In this document: positions 53,108 through 63,206 of the stretch, in pieces
Layout of the letters: every line of letters begins with the position of its first letter
Numbering within the stretch: position 1 is the first letter of the stretch
From: an uncultured delta proteobacterium
Lineage (GTDB): Bacteria; Myxococcota_A; Polyangia; Polyangiales; B10-G4
DNA: 64,000 nucleotides
Reading direction: 5' to 3'
NCBI GenBank assembly: GCA_963727445.1
Contig: CAVSGI010000015.1
Span: 402,682-466,681 of the forward strand
The notes under the pieces: model-generated
What the model was told of the DNA's origin: nothing
The model's database searches: none
The model's input: only the letters and a program-made list of their open reading frames with translations
Position numbers and translations under genes: made by a program

Positions 53108-53860
53108 TCAGCTCTCCGCGAGGACGTCTTCCGCCCGTTCGAGAAGGTCACCCTCGAAGCGCGAGGCGAAGCGCATCTCGAGGAGCTGCGCGCGAACGTG
53201 CCAGAGCTGCGGGTCCTCGCCGTTCTGCCGCGCGCTGGGCTTCTCGTCGGAGCGCACCCAGGGCGATGTGATCGCCGCCTCCACCAGCGCGCGGCGGATC
53301 TCGCGCGTCGGCCGCCGCGACGCGACGCGCACGATCACCTCGTGCACCGGCCCCTCGACCTCCTGCATCGCGACCTCGGCGTCGAGGAGACGCCGGTTCG
53401 GGATGGCGACGCGGTTGCCGTGCGCGTCCCGGACCCAGACCGCGCGCAAGCCGCGCCGCTCCACCAGACCCGACAGCTCGCCAATCGCTATCCAGGTCCC
53501 AGGTCCCAGGCGCCGCTCGAAGGTGATCACCACCGCCGCCACCAGGTCGGGCAGCACGTCGCGGCTCGACCAGCCGATCGCCACCGCCACCGCGACGATG
53601 GTCCAGGGGATGGCCGGCTCGAGGGAGGGCGGCAGCAGGCGCCCGAAGATCCCGGCCGCCGTCAGCAGAGCGAAGACCTGAAGGACGACGTGAAGGGTCG
53701 CCACCGTCGCCGGCACGATGCCCCGCGTCGGCAGCCGATCTCGGAGGCGCCGAAGCGAGCCCACCGAGAGGAGCACCAGCAGGAACACCACCAACATCCC
53801 CAGCATCGGCCAGTCGCGGCCCGGTAGACCCGGCATGAGCTCCCCGAAATCCTCACCCAT
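53108..53860 (-). CDS. MscS-family small mechanosensitive channel protein
   Basis: Three TM helices; GWSSRDVLPDLVA..PGTWIAIG..GLVERRGLR..IPN; ATG at 53860 overlaps the upstream stop (TGATG). Confidence 0.8.
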   Translation of the reverse strand: MGEDFGELMPGLPGRDWPMLGMLVVFLLVLLSVGSLRRLRDRLPTRGIVPATVATLHVVLQVFALLTAAGIFGRLLPPSLEPAIPWTIVAVAVAIGWSSRDVLPDLVAAVVITFERRLGPGTWIAIGELSGLVERRGLRAVWVRDAHGNRVAIPNRRLLDAEVAMQEVEGPVHEVIVRVASRRPTREIRRALVEAAITSPWVRSDEKPSARQNGEDPQLWHVRAQLLEMRFASRFEGDLLERAEDVLAES

Positions 53861-56800
53861 CAGCGCACCCATCCCCGCGCGCGCAGCACGCGACCGACCG
53901 GCCCCCGAAGATGCACCGGGATGGCGTAAGCGCCACCGCTTTCGCGCTCGAGCAGGCCCATGTTCGTCAGCCGCGCGAGCTGCGCCTCGGCCGCCACGTG
54001 CTCCACGCGATAGACGTGCGCCTGCACGTCGGCATCCATCCAGCCCTGTCGCGCGACCTGCAAGAGATTCAGGAGCACCTCTTCCGGCAGCGCGTCCAGA
54101 GACGGCTCCACGGAGGTCGGGAGGTTGCCCACGTGAACATAGTCGGCGCGGTCGTTCACCTCGTCGATGCTCGAGAGCCAGAGCGCGAGCGCGTCGCGCA
54201 CCAGCCCGCCCGAGGCGTCGTGGAGCGCGCGGAAATACGTCTCGTAGGGGCGGCGGATCTTGGCGGCGGCGCGCACGACCAGGTCGTCGAGGCCCGCGCC
54301 CTCGGCGCGATGCTCGAAGCTCAGACCGTAACCGGAGAGCCCGTGGCGGGCGAGGACGGCGGCCTCGAGGTCGCGCAGCCCGAGCGCGGGTACCTCGATC
54401 ACGTCGGGGAAGGCTTCGGCGACCGGCGCCGCCTGGGTGGCCACGCTCCAGACGAGCTCGTCGACGTGGATCAGCCAGGCGTTGCGCCCCCGATCAGCCA
54501 CCACACCTTCGATGAAGCGCATGAGCGGCGCGAAACCTCCAGCGCGCATCGCCAAGAGGTAGCGGAAGTTCGCGACCACGAAGAGCTGACCCGTCGTGCC
54601 CTCGCTGAACCACGCGTCGACGTCCTCGACCGTCGCCGGCTTGTCGAGGCTCAGGTGTCGGACGTGCTTGAAGGCACGCGTGCGCACCACGGCGCGCGCG
54701 AGCGCACCCTTGCCGACACCGTCCGGCCCCACCAGCGCCACCGATCGCATCTGCCCCGGCGTCTTGCCGCGGAGGATCCTGCGCGCGGACTCGATCGTCT
54801 GCTCCCGGCCCGTGAGCACGTCGGCGGACTCGACGGTGCGCGCCGCGAAGAGGCGCCGGTAGACCAGCGGGATCTCGGTCTGCGGCTCCGGTCGTATGAA
54901 GGCCGCCGGGCTCGTGTCGCGCGCCGAGCGCGGCAGCCCCAGGGTGCGCCGCCAGGCCTCGAGGCGGGCGGTGCCGAGCACGCCACGAATGGTGCGCTTG
55001 GCGACGGCCTCGGCCAGCGCGAGCATCGACGGGATCGCTTCGGCCTTCTGGCTGAGGCGCTGCCCGGCGGCGCGTCTGCGGAGCGCGACGATGCGCTCGT
55101 TCGACAGATCTTCGCGGGTGAGCTGGTTTTCGAGCTCGCGCAGGCCGCCGAGCACCGCCTGCCGCAGCTCGCCACCGAAGAGCGGCGCCCAATCGCCGGA
55201 CTCGGCGCGGCGCGCCTCGACGATCTCCTGGGCGCGCTCCATCGCGCCGAAGAGGATCTGCGACAAGAGCTCGCGGGTCTCCGGCGAGACCGACTCGCCC
55301 ACCATGTCGAGCTCGGTGCCCGCGACCTCGACGTTGAACGCGAGGAGCCGCTCGACTTCGGCCAGGCTGCTGACCAGCGGCTCCACGGTCGCCGCCATGG
55401 CGCGCGCCGCACCGAAGAGCGCGGGCGCCACCTCGGCCTCGACCTGCGCCGAGACCAGCTCGCGGAAGGGCACCACGACCACGCCAACACCGGTCGGCAG
55501 CTCCATGCGGGGTGGCCCGAGCGCACCGGTGGGCGCGGTGTAGCTCTCGCCGATGCCCAGCGCGGCCCGCCTCAGCCCCTCGAGGAGCGGCGTGATCGAG
55601 GTCTCCTCGCGGAGCTGATCGCGCAGCGCCTGGGCCTTGGCGCCAGCCGCCGCCGACACCTTTTCGAGGGGCTCGATGGTGTCGCGAATCCTCTCCGAGA
55701 GCTCGGCGCTCACGTCCGTGCTCTCGAGCGCCTGCTCGAGCTTCTCCCGCGCCTCCGAGAGCGCGGCCGCGAGGCGCTCGGTCTGGGTGTGGGTGCGTCC
55801 GCGGACGTCCCCCTCGAGCGAGCGCACCTCTTGATCGAGCATCTCCTTCATCAGTGACTCGAGGCCGATCAGCTCGAGGCGCAGGCCCAGGCGCGAGTAG
55901 GTCGCCGCCACCACCGCGAGCACGCGATCGACGCGCGTGACCAGCGCCTTCTCCGCCGCCATCCGTTGTTCGAAGGCCTCGGCGGCGCGGCGGTGTGACG
56001 CGGGCAGGTCGGGGGTGCCGTAGACCTTCAGGTCCTCCACGAAGGCAGCGAAGGCGTCTCCGGCGATGTCGTCGAGCCGCGTCGCGGCGTCGGTCGTGAT
56101 GCGCTCGGCTTCTTCGATGCTCAGCGTGAGCTCGTCGTCGATCGCCGCCTTGAGGGCGCGGAGGCGCTCTTCGATCGGGTGACCGTCGTCCACGTTGAGG
56201 GCGGCGTAGCCGCGGTGGATGTGATCGAAGAGGCTCATCGAGCGCGCGGCCAGGTGCGCGTCGCCGTGCACCAGCAGGGTGACCACGCTCTCCAGGCGCG
56301 CCGAGAGCGCGGCGAAGTGGTAGCGCGTCAGCGCGCGCACCTCGACCTCGCGCTCGGGCGTGCCGCCGCCGAGCGCCCGCCTGGTCTTGAGGAGCGTGCG
56401 CGAGAGCTTGCGCGTCGCGCCTTCGTCGTCCCTCTTCGCGAAGCTCGCTTCTTCGTAGGGCGCGCGCACGCGCGGGGGTGCGCGGTCGGAGATCTCGTCG
56501 AGCGCAGCGACCACCTTCGACAGGTCGAGAAAGCGGCTCCGCACCTCGGCCGCCCGCTCGAGCACCAGCGCGCGCCACCGCTCGGCGAGCTCGGCCTCCT
56601 GCCGATGGAAGCTCGGGATCACGCTCTCGTCGCTGCGCACCTCCACCGTCAGCCGCCGGTGGTGACGGAGGAACTCGCGGCGCAGGTCCCGCATGTACGT
56701 CTCCATCTGCCGCTGCTGATTCGCGAGGGGCCCGCGCACCGCGCCCTGGACCACCTTCTTCAAGCTCTCGCGGATGGTCTCGGCCACCTTCTGAAGCTCA

Positions 56801-58329
56801 CCCTCGGCGATCTCGGCGTGAGGCCACGCGCCGCCGATGCGGGCCGCTTCACGCGTCGGCCATTCCGAGAGGTGGTCCTTCTCGGTGTCCTCTTCGTCGT
56901 CGGGCGCCGCTTCCTCGTCGTCTCTGGCGCCGTCGTCTTCGAGTGGCCGCTCCTCGGCGCCGCCCTTCGGGATCTCCTTCGACATCCCGAGCCCGACCTT
57001 GAGGAGGATCGGTCCGATGAGCTCGTTGATCGCGACGCCGGTGATGATGACCGTCTCGAGGTAGTGGCCCACCTCGCCGAAGTCCTTGCCGACCTTGGCG
57101 GCGAGGGTGATGGCCACGCCCGCCTGTGACGCGAAGCCGAGCCAGCCGAAGCGGCGCGTCCCCTCGTCCGCCTTCGACAGGCGCGCGCCCAGCCCCACGC
57201 CCAGGTAGAGGGCGCCCAGGCGGGCCAGCACGATCAGCGCGGCGACCGGGCCGACCACCGCGATGGCTTCGAGGTGCAGCCCCGCGCCGGCCAGGGTGAA
57301 GAAGATCACGTAGACCGGCATCGAGAGGCGCTCGACGTTGTGGATGAGGGCGTCGCCCGCGCGGCTGAAGTTGCTGGCGGTGAAGCCCGCCGCCATGAAG
57401 AGGAGCACCGGGTCGAGGTGCAGAGCCGTCGCGAGGAGCGTCGCCCCATAGACCACGCCGACGATCACCAGGAGCGTCTCGCGGCCGACGAAGCGCAGGT
57501 AGAGCGAGAGCAGAAAGCCCACCGCCACGCCGACGACGATCGAGCCCCCGATGTGCACCGCCAGGAACGATCCGAGGTCCTGACCTTCGCTGCTGATGCC
57601 GATCATCGCGGCGGCGAGCGCGCTCGCGATCGAGAAGGCGACCACCACGATGACGTCCTTGAGCACGACGGTGGAGAGCACCGCGCGGGTCATCGGGCCC
57701 TTGGCGCCGGTTGAGTTGATCACCGCGATGGTGGCGGCGGGGGAGGTCGCGACCGAGATCGAGGCGACGACCAGACCGAGGCCGAGGGCGCCCGCCGAGC
57801 CGACCGCCGCGAGCTCGGGGACGACGAAAAAGGGCAGCGGTCCGCTCAACAGCCAGATCACGCCGCCCACCAGTACGAAGAGCAGCGCGAGCTGACCGCT
57901 GAGGATGCCGAGGATCACGCGGAAGCCCTTCTTGAGCCCGGCGATCTTCAGCTCACCGCCCGCGGTCAGCGCGATGAGCGCCACCGCGAGGGTGTCGAAG
58001 ACCCGCAGCGAGTCGATGACGTCGTGACTGAGGATCCCGTGCTCGAAGGGCGGGAAGGGGAGCACCTGACCCAGGTAGGTCGCGACCGAGGGGCCGAAGA
58101 GGAGGCCCGCGGCGAGGTAGCCGGTGATGTGCGGAACCCGGATCGCGCCGACCAGCTCGCCGATGGTGTAGCTGGCGAGGATCAGGAAGCCGAGGGCGAG
58201 CATCGCCGTCGGGTCGACGTGGGTGGGGACGGCGAAGCGGTGGAGGAGGATCACGCCACCGGTCAGGAGCAGGACGATGAAGACCTGTCTGCCGTAGCCG
58301 GTGTCGTGATGCGGCGTGGCGTCGCTCAT
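53860..58329 (-). CDS. Cation:proton antiporter (CPA2-like) fused to a long helical region, P-loop AAA-like domain and winged helix, 1489 aa
   Basis: Start MSDATPHH at 58329 with ATGA overlap; many TM helices with PHITGYL, ATSPAAT, VLKD, FFTLAGA, QAGVA, NELIGP; then helical region, LTGRE, GPDGVGKG and wHTH-like LARLTNMGLL. Confidence 0.85.
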   Translation of the reverse strand: MSDATPHHDTGYGRQVFIVLLLTGGVILLHRFAVPTHVDPTAMLALGFLILASYTIGELVGAIRVPHITGYLAAGLLFGPSVATYLGQVLPFPPFEHGILSHDVIDSLRVFDTLAVALIALTAGGELKIAGLKKGFRVILGILSGQLALLFVLVGGVIWLLSGPLPFFVVPELAAVGSAGALGLGLVVASISVATSPAATIAVINSTGAKGPMTRAVLSTVVLKDVIVVVAFSIASALAAAMIGISSEGQDLGSFLAVHIGGSIVVGVAVGFLLSLYLRFVGRETLLVIVGVVYGATLLATALHLDPVLLFMAAGFTASNFSRAGDALIHNVERLSMPVYVIFFTLAGAGLHLEAIAVVGPVAALIVLARLGALYLGVGLGARLSKADEGTRRFGWLGFASQAGVAITLAAKVGKDFGEVGHYLETVIITGVAINELIGPILLKVGLGMSKEIPKGGAEERPLEDDGARDDEEAAPDDEEDTEKDHLSEWPTREAARIGGAWPHAEIAEGELQKVAETIRESLKKVVQGAVRGPLANQQRQMETYMRDLRREFLRHHRRLTVEVRSDESVIPSFHRQEAELAERWRALVLERAAEVRSRFLDLSKVVAALDEISDRAPPRVRAPYEEASFAKRDDEGATRKLSRTLLKTRRALGGGTPEREVEVRALTRYHFAALSARLESVVTLLVHGDAHLAARSMSLFDHIHRGYAALNVDDGHPIEERLRALKAAIDDELTLSIEEAERITTDAATRLDDIAGDAFAAFVEDLKVYGTPDLPASHRRAAEAFEQRMAAEKALVTRVDRVLAVVAATYSRLGLRLELIGLESLMKEMLDQEVRSLEGDVRGRTHTQTERLAAALSEAREKLEQALESTDVSAELSERIRDTIEPLEKVSAAAGAKAQALRDQLREETSITPLLEGLRRAALGIGESYTAPTGALGPPRMELPTGVGVVVVPFRELVSAQVEAEVAPALFGAARAMAATVEPLVSSLAEVERLLAFNVEVAGTELDMVGESVSPETRELLSQILFGAMERAQEIVEARRAESGDWAPLFGGELRQAVLGGLRELENQLTREDLSNERIVALRRRAAGQRLSQKAEAIPSMLALAEAVAKRTIRGVLGTARLEAWRRTLGLPRSARDTSPAAFIRPEPQTEIPLVYRRLFAARTVESADVLTGREQTIESARRILRGKTPGQMRSVALVGPDGVGKGALARAVVRTRAFKHVRHLSLDKPATVEDVDAWFSEGTTGQLFVVANFRYLLAMRAGGFAPLMRFIEGVVADRGRNAWLIHVDELVWSVATQAAPVAEAFPDVIEVPALGLRDLEAAVLARHGLSGYGLSFEHRAEGAGLDDLVVRAAAKIRRPYETYFRALHDASGGLVRDALALWLSSIDEVNDRADYVHVGNLPTSVEPSLDALPEEVLLNLLQVARQGWMDADVQAHVYRVEHVAAEAQLARLTNMGLLERESGGAYAIPVHLRGPVGRVLRARGWVR

Positions 58330-59729
58330 CGCGCGCTCAGCTCTCCCTTGAGCTCGCCAGCGTCCACCAACAGGGCGCGAAGGATCCGGGGCGCGATCAG
58401 GTCGTGGATGATCACCGACAGGAGGATGGTGGTGAAGGCGACGTCGATGGCGAGGCCGGTCTCCGAGTAGATGACGCGCAGGGAGACCGCCATCGCCACC
58501 GTCGCGTCGCCGTGGCCGAGGAGGCCGCGGTACAGATCGGGCCGGAGCGGGTTGCCCCAGGCGCCGATGGTGCTGCCGAGGCGCTTGCCGAGGTAGCGGA
58601 CGGCGATGAAGGCGGCGAGGGGAAGGAGGATCCACCAAGCGATGGCGATCAGCGCCACCTGCGCCTCGGCCCAGCCTTCGAAGAGGTGATGATAGGTGCG
58701 GCGCACCGGCTCCGGCGGCTGCCAGAGGGCTCCGGCGAAGAGGAGGAGCACCAGCGACATCGGTCGCTCGGTCCGGTTCAGCGTCTGGCGGATCTCGCCG
58801 CTGGCGGGCGCGAGGTTCGCGAGGATGAAGCCGAGCACGAGGTTGATGAAGAGCGCCGAGAGGTTCAGGAACCAGGCGGCGCCGGAGGCGAAGGTGATCA
58901 CGCCGACCAACGTCAGGAAGCGCCCGTTCTGCGAGGCGCCGGCACCCAAAAAGAATCGGAAGAGGACGCCGAGGACGAGCCCGATGCCGACCGACACGCC
59001 GCTCCACTCGAACCACGACAGATCGATCGACGCGTGCTCGTCTCCCTGGTGGAAGACGCAGATCAGGATGCCGAAGGTGACGAGGGCGGCGGCGTCGCCG
59101 AGGCGCGCCGAGCGTCGCAGGGTCGGCAGCAGCTCGCCCTCGACGCGGTAGCGCTTGCCGATCACGTCCATCGGATCGGTGGAGCCGGTGGCGGCGCAGC
59201 AGCCGAGGAAGCCAGCGGCGAGCCAGGCGTCGGTGGGGGCGACGTCGCCGAGCGTACCGCTCGTGAGGAAGAAGTAGGCGGCCGCCGCGACGGAGAGGCC
59301 CGCCACGATGTCGTCCCCGAGCGCGAGACGGAGGGTGCCGACCGAGGTCATGCGGAGCTGGCGGAGGCGCAGCTCCATCCCGCGCACCAGTCCCACCCAG
59401 CCGGCGGCGAGGGCGACCAGCGGCAGCAGGTCGTCCAGGTTCTCGAGCGCGCGGAGTTGGGGGACGGCGGGGCCGAGGAGGATGCCGAGGACGATGTACT
59501 CGAGCCCGGCGACCACGAGCAGCCGCTGCTGGAGGCGGTCGACCACGAAGTGGGCCAGGAGATACGCGGCGCCTACCAGCACCAGGAGCAACACCACGAG
59601 CGCCGTGTCGCTCGCGCTCTCGGCGGCGGGGTCCGAGGCGAAGGCGACGCTCGGCCAGAGCACGGCGACGGCCGCGGCGAGCAAAGCCACCTTCGTCGCG
59701 CACCTCGGGCGTTGGACGGACGGGTCCAT
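58326..59729 (-). CDS. Cation:proton antiporter-like membrane protein (divergent CPA2-like)
   Basis: About 12-13 hydrophobic segments; YIVLGILLGP, GLVRGMEL, LLFAGA, HDLIAP parallel the downstream CPA domain; start MDPSVQ at 59729 is approximate. Confidence 0.75.
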   Translation of the reverse strand: MDPSVQRPRCATKVALLAAAVAVLWPSVAFASDPAAESASDTALVVLLLVLVGAAYLLAHFVVDRLQQRLLVVAGLEYIVLGILLGPAVPQLRALENLDDLLPLVALAAGWVGLVRGMELRLRQLRMTSVGTLRLALGDDIVAGLSVAAAAYFFLTSGTLGDVAPTDAWLAAGFLGCCAATGSTDPMDVIGKRYRVEGELLPTLRRSARLGDAAALVTFGILICVFHQGDEHASIDLSWFEWSGVSVGIGLVLGVLFRFFLGAGASQNGRFLTLVGVITFASGAAWFLNLSALFINLVLGFILANLAPASGEIRQTLNRTERPMSLVLLLFAGALWQPPEPVRRTYHHLFEGWAEAQVALIAIAWWILLPLAAFIAVRYLGKRLGSTIGAWGNPLRPDLYRGLLGHGDATVAMAVSLRVIYSETGLAIDVAFTTILLSVIIHDLIAPRILRALLVDAGELKGELSAR

Positions 59730-59924
59730 CGAAGCAAATTCTGTCAGAGGGCGACGGAGGATCGGCAGTTCTCGGCAGTGGGCCCGGTGCGCATGGCGTG
59801 TACGGCTGGTGCTCATGGATTGATCAGTGCTCACCTCGGGAATCGCGGAATCACGTGCGATCTCCGCTGGCCCAGGCGTTGCTGCTGGTGGGGCAGCTGG
59901 CTGGAGCAACGGAGAAAGAGACAG

Positions 59925-60527
59925 ATGAGCACACGAACCCATGGCGCCACCTTCGACCGGGTCCTGTCGGGCGACTTCAGCGAGGCCGGCGACGAGGAGA
60001 GGAACGCCGCCGTCTACGAGGTGCTTCAGGTGTCGGCGATCGCGGCGAGCGCCGTCAGCATCCAGCCGATCCCCTTCGTCGACATGGTGTTGATCGCGCC
60101 GATCCAGATCGGGATGGTGCAGTGCATCGGTCGCATCCACGGCCATCGCCTCGACAAGAAGGCCGTCCTCGAGATCCTCAGCACCTTCGGCGCCGGTCTC
60201 CTCACCCAGGGCGCGCTCATGTCGGCCGCCAAGCTCCTCCCCTTCGTGGGCTGGCTGGTGACGGTGCCCATGGCCTACGCCATGACCTGGGCCGTCGGCG
60301 AGGTCGCCCACTACTACTTCCGCATGGGCCGCGGCGTTCCGCCCGCCGAGCTCTCCCGCATGTACGAGCGCATCTACCGGAGCAAGCGCGAGGAGCGAAA
60401 GGCCGCGCAAGAGGCGAGCGACAGCGTGAGCGACAAGCTTCGCGATCTCGTCCGCGCGCGCGAAGAAGGGCTGCTCAGCGACGAGGAGTTCGAGGCCGCC
60501 AAGACGAAGGTCCTGAGTGAGCTATGA
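59925..60527 (+). CDS. DUF697/YcjF-like membrane protein with C-terminal SHOCT domain
   Basis: PIPFVD..PIQIGMV..IGRIHG; KLLPFVG; EEGLLSDEEFEAAKTKVL SHOCT pattern; start MSTRTHG at 59925. Confidence 0.8.
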   Translation: MSTRTHGATFDRVLSGDFSEAGDEERNAAVYEVLQVSAIAASAVSIQPIPFVDMVLIAPIQIGMVQCIGRIHGHRLDKKAVLEILSTFGAGLLTQGALMSAAKLLPFVGWLVTVPMAYAMTWAVGEVAHYYFRMGRGVPPAELSRMYERIYRSKREERKAAQEASDSVSDKLRDLVRAREEGLLSDEEFEAAKTKVLSEL

Positions 60528-60546
60528 AGCCTGATACGATGTCGGT

Positions 60547-61419
60547 GTGCGTGTGGTCGTTGTCGCGGTGGGCGGCGTCCTCCTCCTGCTCGGAGGGGGA
60601 TGTTCCTTGGAGGGGAGCGCGATCGCGCCGGCCATGGACGGGGGCGTGCTCGATGGGGCGGCGGACGCTTTCGACGCGGCGCGCATCGACGCCACGAACA
60701 TCGACGCGTCGCCGGGGGACGGCTCGCCGCCGGACACCGCGCTTCTGGACGGAGCGCCCACCGACGGGTCGGCCCTCGACGCGCCCTCACCCGACACGGG
60801 CGTGATGGATTCGGGGGCTCTGCTCCCCGACTTCTGCGACGGCGCCGATCCAGCGCTCCGATTCTGTGTTCGCTTCGAGGACGCGCTCGTCGACGACGCC
60901 CCGGCGATGCACTCGCTCCGCGGGTCGGGGCACGAGTTCACCGCAGGCCACGTGGGTCGCGCTCTGGCGCACGATTCGGGCGACTCGGTGTGGCTCGGTG
61001 ACACCTCGGATCTCGAAACGCTGCCTTTCACTTTCGAGACATGGATCCGCCCCACGGAGATTCCCACCAGTGGCCGTATGGGTGTCGTGGACTTCGAAGG
61101 ATCCTTCGGCATCTTCCTCTACCCCGGCGGCGAAGTCGCCTGTAAGAGCGCGGAAGAGGCGCGGACCAGCGGAGGCGTGACGGCGGGACGATGGACCCAC
61201 GTGGCGTGTGTCTTCGAGACCGATCGCGTGCGCATCTACGTCGACGGGTCCCAAGCGGCGTCTTCCTCCTCCTCCTACGCCGGAGGCTCGGGCGGTGGAG
61301 ACTTCCGCTTCGGAGGAAACGCCCCCTCCGGCGACGACTACGACGGACTCCTCGACGAGGCCCGTTACTTTTCGGACGTCCGGACTCCGAGCGAGCTCGC
61401 GGCCTCGGCGGCGCGATGA
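60547..61419 (+). CDS. LamG/concanavalin-like lipoprotein
   Basis: Lipobox GGG-C; FTFETWIRP, WTHVACV, IYVDG, GLLDEARY. Confidence 0.82.
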   Translation: MRVVVVAVGGVLLLLGGGCSLEGSAIAPAMDGGVLDGAADAFDAARIDATNIDASPGDGSPPDTALLDGAPTDGSALDAPSPDTGVMDSGALLPDFCDGADPALRFCVRFEDALVDDAPAMHSLRGSGHEFTAGHVGRALAHDSGDSVWLGDTSDLETLPFTFETWIRPTEIPTSGRMGVVDFEGSFGIFLYPGGEVACKSAEEARTSGGVTAGRWTHVACVFETDRVRIYVDGSQAASSSSSYAGGSGGGDFRFGGNAPSGDDYDGLLDEARYFSDVRTPSELAASAAR

Positions 61420-61439
61420 GGGGTCGATGAGCAGGCGGG

Positions 61440-62318
61440 TTACTCGGCCACCACGGTGAGCCGCCGCCCCCGGGCCACTGCGCTCGACGCCACCGGCTCG
61501 GCGGCGGCGTGCTTCGTGCGCGGCTTCGGCTCGGGGTCGGGTCGGACGTCGGCGGGGCGCGCCTTCCACGCGGCGAGGACGTCTCGGTCGTGAAGGTGCG
61601 TGGGGCGGACGTTCTCGAGGGCGGCGGCCATGATGGCGCGCACGTTGGGGTTGTCGCGCTCGAGCTCGTCCATCAGTGCCGTCATGCGATCGCGCTGCAG
61701 GCCATCCTGCGAGCCGCAGAGATTGCAGGGGATGATCGGGAAGGCGAGCTCCTCGGCGAGCAGGGCGATGTCCTTCTCGGCGCACTGCGAAAGCGGGCGG
61801 ATCACCTCGAAGCGCCCATCGTCGGTGGTGTACTTCGGCGGCATCGACTGCATACGACCGCTGAAGAAGAGGTTCATCAAGAACGTCTCGAGGGCGTCAT
61901 CGCGATGGTGCCCCAGCGCGATCTTGTTGCAGCCGAGGCGCTCCGCCGCGGTGTAGAGGATGCCGCGCCTCAGGCGTGAGCACATGCTGCAGTAGGTCGA
62001 CGCTTCGTCGAGGTGCGAGGTGACCACCGAGTAGGTGTCTTCGGCGAGGATCTCGAAGGCGACGCCGCTCCTTTCGAGGAAGCGCACCAGCTCCGTCCCG
62101 TCGTAGCCGGGCTGCTTCTGATCGAGGTGCACGGCGATGAGCTCCACCTCGAAGGGCAGGCGCGCGGCGAGCCTCTGCATCAGGTGCAGCATCACGTGGC
62201 TGTCCTTGCCGCCGCTGATCGCGCAGAGGATCTTGTCGCCCTCGGTGAGGAGCGCGTGCTCCTCGCAGGTGCGCTTCATGTCGCGGTAGAGCCGCTTCTC
62301 GATCCGGAGCTGCGTCAC
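61440..62318 (-). CDS. ttcA: tRNA 2-thiocytidine(32) synthetase
   Basis: PP-loop SGGKDS, CSMCSRLRRG, GHHRDD, CNLCGSQ. Confidence 0.95.
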   Translation of the reverse strand: MTQLRIEKRLYRDMKRTCEEHALLTEGDKILCAISGGKDSHVMLHLMQRLAARLPFEVELIAVHLDQKQPGYDGTELVRFLERSGVAFEILAEDTYSVVTSHLDEASTYCSMCSRLRRGILYTAAERLGCNKIALGHHRDDALETFLMNLFFSGRMQSMPPKYTTDDGRFEVIRPLSQCAEKDIALLAEELAFPIIPCNLCGSQDGLQRDRMTALMDELERDNPNVRAIMAAALENVRPTHLHDRDVLAAWKARPADVRPDPEPKPRTKHAAAEPVASSAVARGRRLTVVAE

Positions 62319-62346
62319 GGGGGCGCCAGCATGGCAGAGATTGGGC

Positions 62347-63161
62347 TCAGCGCACGCAGAGAGCGCCGATGGTGCGAGCAGCCGGAGGCGTACCGTCCCA
62401 CCAGTCGGGGTGACCGCAGTCGTAGTCCTGCGCCCGGCCGAAGCGTACGTGGTACACGCCCGGCGTGGTGGGCGCGGTCAGGGAGTCGCTGTCCGTTCCG
62501 CTCCGCCCACTGCATCCCGGCACGGCGCTGAAGGCGCAGTACTGAAAGGTGGGGCCCGGCACGAGCCCGATCTCGATCTGCTCGACGCAGCCGGTGCAGT
62601 CGCAGTCGCGGATCGCGTAGTCGAGGCCGACGCTGACGCTCGACCCCGCGGCGACCGTGGCGATGTTGCCGCCGCCGTTCAGCGAGACGCTGTCGATGGT
62701 GATCCCGGTATTCGTGACCGTCGTCGGGATCGGGGTCGCGCTCGGGCCGTCGATCGGGCAGTCGTCGCAGGCGTCCGGTACGCCGTCGCCGTCGCCGTCC
62801 ATCCCATCGTCCCCACCGGGGCACACGTCGTCCGTGTCGCAGATACCGTCACCGTCCATGTCGGCGCATCCGGTGTCGACGCTCGTGTCCATGACCATCA
62901 TCGAGTCGGGCGGTCCGCCATCACTCGGCGACGAATCGGGGGGCCGCCGTCCATCGAAACCGTCGAGTCCAAAGGCGCCGAGTCACCCGAGCCCGAATCG
63001 GTGGTCGTGCTGTCGCGGCGCGCGGAATCGGTCGGCACGAAGCCATCACCGACCGCTGAATCCACCGCGCTCGCATCGGAGCCGCCCGGATCGATCGCGT
63101 GGCTCTGCACCGAGCACCCCGCGACCAGCAGAACGCAGCCGACCGAGTGAAGCCCCCGCAC
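62347..63161 (-). CDS. Lipoprotein with thrombospondin type-3-like Ca-binding repeats; frameshift at the G6 run 62938-62943
   Basis: ORF 62898..63161 (lipobox VAG-C) joins ORF 62347..62901 (DMDGDGICD, DGDGDGVPDACDDCP) if one base is added at the homopolymer. Confidence 0.65.
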
Positions 63162-63206
63162 CCCGAAAGTGTATGGGCTGCCGCCTCACGCCGCCAATCG
63201 ACGACG

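Noticed and set aside
58330..59703. 1947-aa version of the antiporter fusion
   Set aside because: The first 458 codons are an off-frame read of the upstream antiporter gene; the ATGA overlap marks the start at 58329
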